Source: Candidatus Heimdallarchaeota archaeon
GTDB taxonomy: Archaea > Asgardarchaeota > Heimdallarchaeia > JABLTI01
DNA length: 64,000 bases
Assembly (NCBI GenBank): GCA_019058275.1
Contig: JAHLVW010000015.1
Location: 64,001-128,000, forward strand
Direction of reading: 5' to 3'
The notes beneath the pieces are model-generated. The model was not told the DNA's origin. It saw only the letters and a program-made list of their open reading frames with translations, and made no database searches. This document shows positions 1 through 10,102 of this stretch, in pieces (the stretch's first letter is position 1; each line of letters opens with the position of its first letter). A program made the translations under genes and the position numbers.

Positions 1-1
1 G

Positions 2-2179
2 AAATTACCTTATGTTGTTGATGTTCTTGAAATAGATCCACGAACAGACAATATGTATCCTCACCTTAAGGGTTACTTTGAATGGGTAGTGAAAGTAAAC
101 TTACCATTGTTAAATTGGTCCTTAGAGAGATCATATGATGATATTTATGTGAAATATGACTTTAACTTAACTGATATGCAGAACTATCCCCAAGTAATAG
201 GAGAAATGTCATTAGATTCCACATTACCAATAGATGGTTCAGAAGACTTAGTATGTAGCTTCACTTTTGAAAATGTTGATGATACTGAACCTGCCTATGA
301 CATAGAATTAGCATATGGTGAATTCAAAAATAAAGACTTGGATGGTTTCACAGCTTTAGTTAACAATCCTGAATTAACATTTAATGATGCTAAAGAAATG
401 TATTATAATGCTACATCTCAAATCTTAACTGATACAGTTATACCATTAGGTCCTCCTGAAATTGTTAAAATTACTGGTTGGTTCTGGAACAGTACAGGAA
501 CTGCTGATTGGTTACGAAATAACCAAATTGTACTTCCTGAGGAGTTTGATAATCCTGAACAATTCATATATGTCGAAAAAGAATTCCTGCAATTGGATGA
601 AATGGACTTTACACTAGAAAACTTGACAGATGCTAATGGTACATTGACTGGTTATTCAACATTGAAAACTACTATCCCAGTATTGAATCCAGGTGAAAAT
701 GTTACAAAGAAATTTGCAATGCGCGATCTTCCAACAGGTAACTTTAATGAATATGTAGCTATTGAAAATACTACAAATGACTTCAGTATAATACTTAATG
801 CAACTCACAGTTGGGAAGATCTCTTTATAATTATGATGCAACTCTTTGGTTCATCTCTGCATATTCCTGAAGATCAAGTAACATGGACTAACTGGTTCCC
901 AGAACCAGTAATTGGATCAGCTTTTGTCTACAAAGACGGAGATGATAAGGAATATATGGGTATGACAAATGGTCTTGTTTTACAAGTCTACGATGATGAA
1001 GCAATTCTTGTAGGCAAAGTATCCTTAGATAAAGATGTATATCGATTTGGTGATAACACTACTTTTACTCTGGAGTTAACAAATATTGGAAATGCTAATG
1101 CAACTAATGTTAATTATAGTTTCTACCATGCATTTGTTACTGATGACCTTGAACTAGCATATATAGAGGAAATTGAAGATAGTGATGGTGTAATTAGCAT
1201 AATTGAACCTCTTGAAACTGTTACAAGAAATTATACAGTACCAGCAAGAACTCACATAGGTTTACATCCAGTATTCGCTATGTTCAATTATACGAGTGAT
1301 GAAGCTGATGATCCAACATATGATATTTTTAGTGCTTGTGATCATCCTGCGGTTTTAAGCTCAATGGATTTTGGCATTGTTTTGCCACCTCTTAATAAGG
1401 AACAAAATCAAGAACCAACATATCCAACACCAGAAGTAGAAGTGACTATGGATATTATAGGTTACGAAGAAAATGTCACAGAAATTGGTGATGAGTTGCT
1501 AATCAGGTATACTATTACCAATATTGGTGATGAAGACACCAACATAATATTTATCCAAAGATTTCCAATTGACGAAGTTTCTGGTACAATACTCCTAAGA
1601 CCAGTAAATGATGCAGATGAAGTTAATGTTACCGTAGATGGAGTTCCTTTCACTGATTATGATATTATTTGGGATCCAAACAACGAGCCTAATGATATTG
1701 GTATGCCAGTAGCAGCACTCGCTGATGAGATCATCAACTGGCGTGGAGCTCATGGTATTCCATTAGCTGTTGATGAAACAATGGTGATTGAATTTGCAGT
1801 AGAGGTGAATACTGCAGGAGAAATCTATCTACCACCAGCAGAGATTCGATACAGAAGTGAATATGAAATACCAGAAACAAATGCAGTTAATGAAGAACGT
1901 TCTACAGACACAGAAACTGCTGGTTCACCTGCAGGTCTCATTGCTGCATGTGATTTACCAGAGGAAATTGCATCTGTTCTCACACCACAAGTAGATCAAG
2001 AAGATTTTGCTGGTCAAAGTTCTACCAATTCTTGGGGATCCTATTCCGAAAGCTTATCCCTAGCAATTGCTGAATTAGCTGGTACTGGATTAAACTTCCT
2101 CTACATTGGTATTGGTGTAATTGCAGTAACTGGTGTTGCTATACTAATTTACTTCACTGCAAACGGAAAGAGAAAGTAA
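2..2179 (+). CDS. Large acidic surface (S-layer-like) protein with Ig-like CARDB/DUF11-type domains and a C-terminal membrane anchor; 5'-truncated by the window edge
   Basis: The frame is open from position 2 to the ATG at 53. Repeated Ig-like motifs (FTLELTNIGNANATNV, IRYTITNIGDED), many N-x-S/T sequons, and a C-terminal hydrophobic helix followed by a basic tail (GKRK). Confidence 0.7.
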   Translation, partial: KLPYVVDVLEIDPRTDNMYPHLKGYFEWVVKVNLPLLNWSLERSYDDIYVKYDFNLTDMQNYPQVIGEMSLDSTLPIDGSEDLVCSFTFENVDDTEPAYDIELAYGEFKNKDLDGFTALVNNPELTFNDAKEMYYNATSQILTDTVIPLGPPEIVKITGWFWNSTGTADWLRNNQIVLPEEFDNPEQFIYVEKEFLQLDEMDFTLENLTDANGTLTGYSTLKTTIPVLNPGENVTKKFAMRDLPTGNFNEYVAIENTTNDFSIILNATHSWEDLFIIMMQLFGSSLHIPEDQVTWTNWFPEPVIGSAFVYKDGDDKEYMGMTNGLVLQVYDDEAILVGKVSLDKDVYRFGDNTTFTLELTNIGNANATNVNYSFYHAFVTDDLELAYIEEIEDSDGVISIIEPLETVTRNYTVPARTHIGLHPVFAMFNYTSDEADDPTYDIFSACDHPAVLSSMDFGIVLPPLNKEQNQEPTYPTPEVEVTMDIIGYEENVTEIGDELLIRYTITNIGDEDTNIIFIQRFPIDEVSGTILLRPVNDADEVNVTVDGVPFTDYDIIWDPNNEPNDIGMPVAALADEIINWRGAHGIPLAVDETMVIEFAVEVNTAGEIYLPPAEIRYRSEYEIPETNAVNEERSTDTETAGSPAGLIAACDLPEEIASVLTPQVDQEDFAGQSSTNSWGSYSESLSLAIAELAGTGLNFLYIGIGVIAVTGVAILIYFTANGKRK

Positions 2180-2209
2180 AAAACCTCCCCTCGTTCACCC
2201 TCTTTCAAA

Positions 2210-2250
2210 ATGAAAAAAGGGTAATAACCCTTTTTCATACTATTTTTTCT
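2210..2250 (+). terminator. Hairpin plus T-tract terminator
   Basis: ATGAAAAAAGGGT-AATA-ACCCTTTTTCAT (one bulge) followed by a T-run, just after the stop at 2179. Confidence 0.55.
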
Positions 2251-2342
2251 AATTTTTATTTTGATAATGCTTTTTCTTGGTAATGTTCCTACCGAAATGA
2301 TTTTGAGTAAAACAATCATAATGCTATTGAGGATTTAAGAAG

Positions 2343-4283
2343 ATGTCTAAAAAGGAAGTTAGCTCTGACTACTTACGAGCCAGGGGTCTAAGTGAGCAAG
2401 AGATTCTAGTTTATTCAACAGTTTTAGGATTGGGTAGTGCAACTATCGGGGAAATTAATTTAGCCATTAAAATGGTGCTACCTGAAATCTATGTTCAAAT
2501 GAAACAATTAGAAGAAATTGGTTATATTAAGCAAATCCCTGGAAAAATTCCCAGATACATCGCGATGGAACCATTTCTAAAAGATTATGCTCAAGTAACT
2601 GCAGAAGTGAAACTTGGATTAATTAAGATTAAAGATAATTTCATATCACAAGCTGGACAATTCGACACAAAAATTAAGACCATTGTTCCTGGATTAGGTG
2701 ATTTTTGTGAAAATGAAAAGAACAAAAAATTGAATGATTCAGCTGTTAGAATTGATCGTTTGGAAGAAAGCATTAAACAAGTAGTTGAAAACAACTATCA
2801 ACAGCTAAAATATCTTGGAAGTACTTTATCAACTTGGACTTCAGAAAGTATCAAACAAACTCTTCCGGCTTTTGAAGAGGATTTAGAGAAAAGTAAAGAC
2901 AGTTTTGTTTCTACTATTTCAAAATATGCTGATTCCCTTGTTATTGATTCACGAGATATAAGAGATAAATTAGAAAAATCTACCATTCACCACAAAATCT
3001 TAGTTGCTGAAAGGTTAGAGAAATTAAAAGGTGATATTGATCAAGGATTAACTGAATTACGAGACAATATTGTCAAGAAGAATTTTACTACCTCTACAAG
3101 TTATAGTGCTAATTTAGATGAAAAGGATATTCAAGCGCGAGAAAGTGCTGCTGAAGTTATAAGTAGTCTAATTAGAAATGTCATTGTTCTCGCTCGCGAA
3201 AAACCAGGAGATATTAGTAGCGAGACTGCTCAAATGATTAACAACTCCTTGGGACCACTTTTCAGGAACTTTGACTTTCTGCAAAATGAAGTTAAAACCA
3301 CCCTTGTAACTCTATTAGAGGACAATTCTGAGGAAGTTTCCGTGCTCGTTCGTCATGTTAATAACTTGGTAGATGGCTCAATTCCAGAAGTTCTAGAAAT
3401 AGTAACTAACCATCTTGAGGAAAGTCGCGACGAATCTGCTAGATTTATTGATCAAAAGATAACTGATCCCTTTAAAGAATTAGAGAAGATGAAGGGAGAT
3501 ATTTCTCAAGATATTCTTTTGTTCAAAGAAAATATCAAACGAGAAGCAATAAGGCAAGATGAGATTGCGAAAGCATCTATAGTTGATCGATTAATAAAAG
3601 CAGAAGAGCGTATCGAACTAACTAAAATTGAAGTAAAAGATGCTCTTTCATTATCGAGAATTGAAGTTGAAGATCTAGTTCAAACTTTAATTAAGAACAT
3701 TATAAATGAAAATTCATCAAAAATTGAGCAAACTGCACAGATTATGACTGAAGCAGGAACGGCTTTAGAGAACACATTAGGTAATACTATTTACTTACTT
3801 GATAATTCAGGAAAAACATTCGACGGCATTCTCAATATGTCTGAGAAAGTAATGCCTATCGATGAGCTTGAACTAGAGCTTATTTATGGCAATAATAGCA
3901 TTGAAAGATCAATGAGAGATATGCTTTTACGAGCTAAAGAAGAATTCATTGTTATTACGCCTTATGTCAACACTGAATACTTGTATGAAATAGAAAAACA
4001 GCCACAGATAACTAACTACCAAATAATTTCTAATATAAGAGAAGAGGATGTTGGTCTTCTAACCTCACTTGTTAAGAGAGGTAATGTTAGTACTTTGAAT
4101 TACAAGGGAATGGACTTTTGGATTGCTATCAAAGATAATGAAGAAATTCTTTACGCACCAAAAATTAGTGCTGAAAAGAATATTGCATTTTATACAACAA
4201 ATCCAAAATTCTACAAGATCTTCTTTGATTTAACAAACCAGAATATCTTTTCAAAGATGAAAGCTCAGGAATTTCAATCCTAA
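2343..4283 (+). CDS. TrmB-family wHTH + very long helical/coiled-coil rod + C-terminal TrmB/PLD-fold-like domain
   Basis: N-terminus GLSEQEILVYSTVLGLGSATIGEI..LEEIGYI..RYIAMEP is TrmB wHTH-like. About 430 aa of helical sequence follows. C-terminus MRDMLLRAKEEFIVITPYV..IAIKDNEEILY. Confidence 0.7.
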   Translation: MSKKEVSSDYLRARGLSEQEILVYSTVLGLGSATIGEINLAIKMVLPEIYVQMKQLEEIGYIKQIPGKIPRYIAMEPFLKDYAQVTAEVKLGLIKIKDNFISQAGQFDTKIKTIVPGLGDFCENEKNKKLNDSAVRIDRLEESIKQVVENNYQQLKYLGSTLSTWTSESIKQTLPAFEEDLEKSKDSFVSTISKYADSLVIDSRDIRDKLEKSTIHHKILVAERLEKLKGDIDQGLTELRDNIVKKNFTTSTSYSANLDEKDIQARESAAEVISSLIRNVIVLAREKPGDISSETAQMINNSLGPLFRNFDFLQNEVKTTLVTLLEDNSEEVSVLVRHVNNLVDGSIPEVLEIVTNHLEESRDESARFIDQKITDPFKELEKMKGDISQDILLFKENIKREAIRQDEIAKASIVDRLIKAEERIELTKIEVKDALSLSRIEVEDLVQTLIKNIINENSSKIEQTAQIMTEAGTALENTLGNTIYLLDNSGKTFDGILNMSEKVMPIDELELELIYGNNSIERSMRDMLLRAKEEFIVITPYVNTEYLYEIEKQPQITNYQIISNIREEDVGLLTSLVKRGNVSTLNYKGMDFWIAIKDNEEILYAPKISAEKNIAFYTTNPKFYKIFFDLTNQNIFSKMKAQEFQS

Positions 4284-4404
4284 GCTCCTTCTTTTCTTTT
4301 ATAGTGTTATATAGATAACAAAATACCTTAAATATTAGTAATAAAATTCACTTAAGTGAGTAATATTTACTGATATCGAATAATTTTTAATTGGAGGACA
4401 CTAA

Positions 4405-4746
4405 ATGCCAAAAAGGAACGAAAAGAGCGCTGAAATATCAGGTATGATGGCAGAATTATATGAGCTAAGTATTCCTGGACAGTTGATTGGTAAAGAGGTA
4501 ATTGATGCATCTGCAAGAAAGATTGGTGTTATCCGAAATGTTAAACTAACCTTTCCCCCTGCTAAAATAAACGTAATTATTAAGGGGCTTGATATAGAAT
4601 TCCAATTACCAATGGATTCTATTTCCACTGTTGGTGGAGTAGTTCAATTAAAAGAAACTGTTAAACAAGCAGAAGAGTTAGAAATTCGTGATGTTGCACG
4701 ACTACGAGAAGAAATTGCTAATGAAATTGCTGCTTATCTAAGGTAA
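4405..4746 (+). CDS. PRC-barrel domain protein with a short C-terminal helix
   Basis: LIGKEVIDASARKIGVIRNV..LPMDSISTVGGVVQLK is the PRC-barrel pattern; GGAGGA SD-like motif upstream. Confidence 0.75.
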   Translation: MPKRNEKSAEISGMMAELYELSIPGQLIGKEVIDASARKIGVIRNVKLTFPPAKINVIIKGLDIEFQLPMDSISTVGGVVQLKETVKQAEELEIRDVARLREEIANEIAAYLR

Positions 4747-4840
4747 TATTCTTTGTTGGTTTTATCCTTCATTACCTTCTTATTTTCTTGAATTGATGTA
4801 ATTTACCTCCAAAAAAACATCTAAAAAGGGATTTCAACCA

Positions 4841-4872
4841 TTTATAAGTAGCATAGAACAAACTTTGTTCTA
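4841..4872 (+). promoter_or_regulatory. TATA box followed by a perfect 9-bp palindrome (putative operator)
   Basis: TTTATAA at 4841, then TAGAACAAA-C-TTTGTTCTA (4854-4872); AGGAGGT SD precedes the TTG start at 4914. Confidence 0.5.
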
Positions 4873-4913
4873 CATGATAGAAATCTTACCTATCCTTATT
4901 AGGAGGTACAAAA

Positions 4914-6203
4914 TTGTCTGAAAATAACGAAAGAATGCTCCGAGAAGAAATAAGTGCAGCTGTTAATGAAAAGGATTACACCATTGCTGTTACAAAAGCT
5001 GAACAGATGGCTGGTTATTTTGAAGAAATTGGCGATTCTGAAAAAGCTAAAGAAGCTTGGATGGAAGCTGCTAAATTGTTTTTAGAATGGTCTCAAAACC
5101 AACGAGATAATAAAACTCATAAAAATTCTGCAAAATCTATGGTTCATGCTGCAGATATTTTTGGTAATTTGGGAGTTGAAAGAGAAGCTGCTCAAGCCAT
5201 TGATTTAGCTGCTCAAGATTTAGCATTAGCTGGAGATGAATATATTGTTTGGAAACAACCAGTTGGTGCGGGAGTATGCTATTCTGCTGCTGCTATACTA
5301 TATGTGCTAGTATCTCAAGAAGAAAAAGCACATCAAGTGATAAATCAAGTAAAAACTAGAGTAGATGCTTTAAGACATGATTCTGCTGCAAATGCAATGA
5401 TGGACTTACCTTTGCAATTAATATATGCAAAGAATCAGCTTGATATTCAGCTTCTTAATAATGTCAAAACAATGATTTACTCGAGTCTCATTCCTGCATT
5501 AACTAATAGTGGATTATCTGAATTTACATCTTATATTGAGAGAACAGTATTAGGTGTAGAGAGTTATATCAACGCAACTCAAAAATATCCAATACTTGAG
5601 TATGAAGTTAAAATGAAGGGAGAGGTTCAAGTTGATGAGGCTTTTGACATACAAGTTATGGTAAAGAATTCTGGAGAAGACACAGCTCATAACATTGAAC
5701 TTGAAATGGTACCAAAGAAAGAAGTAACAATCGTCAGAGAATTTAGTAAACTAAAAGCAACTGAAATTCCACCTGGATCAGCAGTAGCCTTAACATGGCG
5801 CTGTATTGTTAAATCAGAACATCTTATCGAAGAAACTCAACAAATCAACCTATCTGCGAGATTGAGTTTCTCTGACTCTAAAGGTTTACAGCAAACACTA
5901 ACTGTTAGTCCTATTGCTTTCTCGACTATGAGTACAAAAGAACAAGATCAATTAGGTATGGAATTGAAGGTTCTAAAAGATAACATACAGAAATACAAAG
6001 AGAATTTATTACCAATTGCAGAAAAAGCTGGTGAAAAAGTCGTTTCAAAGATTTTTGATATAATTGCTCAATTGATTGATCAAGCTGAAGGTTTTGTTGG
6101 AGCCGGTGCAGTTCAAGATGCAAAAGCTTGGAACAAACTTCTACAATTAATCTTAGAACTCATAAATGATATACCAAATCAAATTGAAATTGATAAAGAA
6201 TAA
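4914..6203 (+). CDS. SNAP/TPR-like alpha-solenoid + Ig-like domain + helical tail; predicted cytoplasmic
   Basis: Ala-rich helical repeats (AKEAWMEAAKLF, AGVCYSAAAILY), then an Ig-like segment VMVKNSGEDTAHNIEL..IPPG..LSFSDSKG. No signal peptide or TM helix. Confidence 0.6.
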   Translation: MSENNERMLREEISAAVNEKDYTIAVTKAEQMAGYFEEIGDSEKAKEAWMEAAKLFLEWSQNQRDNKTHKNSAKSMVHAADIFGNLGVEREAAQAIDLAAQDLALAGDEYIVWKQPVGAGVCYSAAAILYVLVSQEEKAHQVINQVKTRVDALRHDSAANAMMDLPLQLIYAKNQLDIQLLNNVKTMIYSSLIPALTNSGLSEFTSYIERTVLGVESYINATQKYPILEYEVKMKGEVQVDEAFDIQVMVKNSGEDTAHNIELEMVPKKEVTIVREFSKLKATEIPPGSAVALTWRCIVKSEHLIEETQQINLSARLSFSDSKGLQQTLTVSPIAFSTMSTKEQDQLGMELKVLKDNIQKYKENLLPIAEKAGEKVVSKIFDIIAQLIDQAEGFVGAGAVQDAKAWNKLLQLILELINDIPNQIEIDKE

Positions 6204-6215
6204 TATTTCTTATAG

Positions 6216-6250
6216 AAAGGTAACGTTAATACCTTTTCTTTCCTTTATTT
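6216..6250. terminator. Hairpin terminator between convergent genes
   Basis: AAAGGTA-ACGTTAA-TACCTTT followed by T-rich sequence. Confidence 0.4.
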
Positions 6251-6254
6251 TTAT

Positions 6255-7673
6255 TCAGGAATCAGATGCAAGTTTTGTGCTCCAAGGATATCTTTCTAAT
6301 ATAGTAGAAATTACAGATTGTACTTTCCTTGCTTCATAGGTTTTATCATAGTAAAGAAAGATGCCATGTCCTCCTCTAATTCTCTTTAATTGCTGATAAA
6401 CAGTTTTAGTTGTTCGAACACAATCATAAATAATCAATTTATCAGCTTCTGGAAGATCAATATCTCTTTCACCAACAGGTGACATAATTATTGCTGCTTT
6501 TCCATCATAATTTCGAAAACTTTGCAAAACTACATTTTTATCGAAGATTTGTCCTGTTATCAAAAAGGGTTTTATTTTTGCTCGAGTTAAAAATAAACTA
6601 ATTGTTTTTGCAGTTCTAATGTATGAACATAGAATAACTGTTTTGTTGGTGTTTTTAGCAATTTCAACAGCTTTCAGAATTTTTTGTGGTGTAACAGATA
6701 ATTCACTTTCGTCGATATCTGGATATCTATAAAGGAATTTCTTTAATTGCTGAGGAATCATTGAAAACAAATACTTTCTCAATAAGGTTAGAGATTGTGC
6801 TTTACCACGAAGAGATTCAGTAACAGGAGCTTGAAGCAATGCTTGAGGACCTATAGCATCTACTTGTTTTAGGTAATCAGGATCTTCTTCTCGTAATTCT
6901 GCACGGATATCATTGTATGCTTCTTTTAACAAATCATCAATAATTTCTGATATTTCAATAATTGAAGGATCAGAAACAGGTATTGCTTCAACTGTTGTTT
7001 CTTTTGTGAATTTAGCAACATCAGTTCCTGTGAGACAATCCATATAGATTAGTTCAACATCTGGTATAAATTCAACCAAGGTGTCTAATTCTTTGCGTAA
7101 TTCGATTTGATCTTGATCAAGGACATAATGAGAATCACGTAAAGTTCCAGACATTCCAATAAATAATGATGAGCTAAGTTTGCCGATCAATTCAGGCCAA
7201 GGGTAGACCAAAACTCTTCTAGAACCCATTCGACGAATCAATTTGTCTACTTCATTAATTATAACAATATCAAATGATTCAGCTAATGTTCTGGGACCTT
7301 TATTCAGTATATTTGATAGTTTTTGAGGTGTGCAAAGAATAACTCGAGAATCTTGAAGCAACTTTTGAGCAAAAGAATTACTTATTCCGGGACCGATCCA
7401 ATTGAATCCCTCAACACCGCCATATTCATTTTGCAGGAAATCTTTTGTTTCTACTAGAGATGAGGAAGATAAAACAATAAAAATTATTTTTTTATCAGGA
7501 AAAAGAGTAGTCAATAGCTCATAAGTAATTACCCTTTTACCCATACCACAATCAAGTTCAAGTATAACACTTTTATCTTTACTAGTATGCAATTTGATTA
7601 AATCGAGTATGAGTTTCTGGTAACCACGAGGTTTAATTTTCCTATCTACTTTCTGCATCAATTTCTTCCTCAA
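6255..7673 (-). CDS. Divergent SF2 helicase (Hef/MPH1/FANCM-like core, no nuclease domain) with degenerate motifs
   Basis: PRGYQ Q-motif, LDCGMGKR (motif I), CTPQK, INEVD (II), GMSGT (III), SPVGERDIDLPEADKLIIYD (V), QQLKRIRG (VI). Confidence 0.7.
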   Translation of the reverse strand: MRKKLMQKVDRKIKPRGYQKLILDLIKLHTSKDKSVILELDCGMGKRVITYELLTTLFPDKKIIFIVLSSSSLVETKDFLQNEYGGVEGFNWIGPGISNSFAQKLLQDSRVILCTPQKLSNILNKGPRTLAESFDIVIINEVDKLIRRMGSRRVLVYPWPELIGKLSSSLFIGMSGTLRDSHYVLDQDQIELRKELDTLVEFIPDVELIYMDCLTGTDVAKFTKETTVEAIPVSDPSIIEISEIIDDLLKEAYNDIRAELREEDPDYLKQVDAIGPQALLQAPVTESLRGKAQSLTLLRKYLFSMIPQQLKKFLYRYPDIDESELSVTPQKILKAVEIAKNTNKTVILCSYIRTAKTISLFLTRAKIKPFLITGQIFDKNVVLQSFRNYDGKAAIIMSPVGERDIDLPEADKLIIYDCVRTTKTVYQQLKRIRGGHGIFLYYDKTYEARKVQSVISTILERYPWSTKLASDS

Positions 7674-7707
7674 TATTATAGTGACATTTTTCTTTAATAA
7701 AATATAA

Positions 7708-7821
7708 AGGGGCTAAAAAGGCGCCCCTCAATATGATAGCAAAGTTTGTGCTGGGCGCACAAAATTGAAGAACGATGATTTATTTTTCTTATCTCTTGCC
7801 GAGGAGATGATATTGCCGAGG
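7708..7821. other. Cluster of three GC-rich hairpins plus a 9-nt direct repeat (possible structured RNA)
   Basis: AGGGGC/GCCCCT 7708-7728; TTTGTGC/GCACAAA 7745-7763; ATCTC/GAGAT 7791-7808; TTGCCGAGG at 7796 and 7813. Confidence 0.3.
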
Positions 7822-7959
7822 TTTCAACCCAAAAGTAAATTCGTTCTTCATCTAAATAGATTAGTGGTCTATCAATTATAAAAAGAAACACAGAAGAGTT
7901 CACCGAAAGTATTGTGGCTATTTTTAAATAAAAATAAGAAAAATCACTTTGTCGTTTTT

Positions 7960-8403
7960 TCATTGATTACTTATAATTACGTTTTCAATGTCAAAATGTC
8001 TTTTAGCTAAAAGTCTAGCACGTTCAATGTTACGACCATCCTTACCAATAGCTAAACCTCTTTGCCCTTGCTTAATTGTTACAAAAGCGAGGTTTGGTTT
8101 ATCTTTTCTTCTAACAACTACAACTTTCTCAACACAAGCAGGTACAAGTGCATTTTTTATGAATCGTTCAGGATCATCATCATCTTCTACAATTTCAATA
8201 TCCTTTGCTAACATTGATTTTAGTTTCTTAATGTTTAATCCACTTCGTCCTATTGCTGTACCTACAGCACCACGTCTTACAACAAAAATAACTCTATCAA
8301 GTTTCTTGTCTATAACGCAATCCTTAGCACTTATCTTAGTAACATTAGTAAAGACATTCATGGTTTTCATTTCATCGAGGGATAATTTGATTCCTCTTGA
8401 CAG
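7960..8403 (-). CDS. nusA: Archaeal NusA-like KH-domain transcription factor; probable CTG start
   Basis: Two KH GxxG loops (AIGRSG, AIGKDG) and the usual position after rpl30e. The conserved N-terminus SRGIKLSLDEM lies upstream of the first ATG. Confidence 0.92.
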   Translation of the reverse strand: MSRGIKLSLDEMKTMNVFTNVTKISAKDCVIDKKLDRVIFVVRRGAVGTAIGRSGLNIKKLKSMLAKDIEIVEDDDDPERFIKNALVPACVEKVVVVRRKDKPNLAFVTIKQGQRGLAIGKDGRNIERARLLAKRHFDIENVIISNQ

Positions 8404-8439
8404 TTTTTACACGACCTGCATAATTAACTTTAGAGTTGG

Positions 8440-8748
8440 TTATTTTTTCTTCAGCATTCTTAGAATTTTGCTATCACCAAGTTCATATACTGAAATGGCT
8501 GAAACAACGTGTCCCCTACCACATAAAGCACCTAATTCATAACCATTTCCATGGTAATTAACTATAGGAATATTGGCCAATTTAGAATAGTACTCTATTT
8601 GGTCTCTTTTCTCTTTTGGACAATTAGCAGCTAAAATTATTAATTGTGCTCGTCCAAATTTGACAGCTTTTACAGTTCGATTAATTCCATAATCCTTTTT
8701 GCCAGTTCTAGCAATAATTTGTATTTCTCTATTTATATCGTATGACAT
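8440..8748 (-). CDS. rpl30e: 50S ribosomal protein L30e
   Basis: TGKKDYGINRTVKAVKFGRAQLIILAANCP..ELGALCGR; synteny with rpoA''/nusA. Start placed at MSYDIN. Confidence 0.95.
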   Translation of the reverse strand: MSYDINREIQIIARTGKKDYGINRTVKAVKFGRAQLIILAANCPKEKRDQIEYYSKLANIPIVNYHGNGYELGALCGRGHVVSAISVYELGDSKILRMLKKK

Positions 8749-8855
8749 ATTACTTTTCTCCAACTTTTGTTTTCTCAAAGTAATGTTATTATTTTACTCC
8801 CAAGAAAAAGAGAATTTAAATCATTCGCTTATATTGAAAAGTAGATTCTTCTCTC

Positions 8856-10088
<1,233 letters not shown>

Positions 10089-10102
10089 TTACCACCCTCA
10101 AA

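Noticed and set aside
2343-4283. SMC/Rad50 or active phospholipase D annotation for the rod proteins
   Set aside because: No Walker A/B or signature motifs, and no HKD motif.
7694-7963. 89-aa ORF between nusA and the helicase, considered as a possible rps12 replacement
   Set aside because: No recognisable motif and atypical composition; better explained as structured intergenic DNA.
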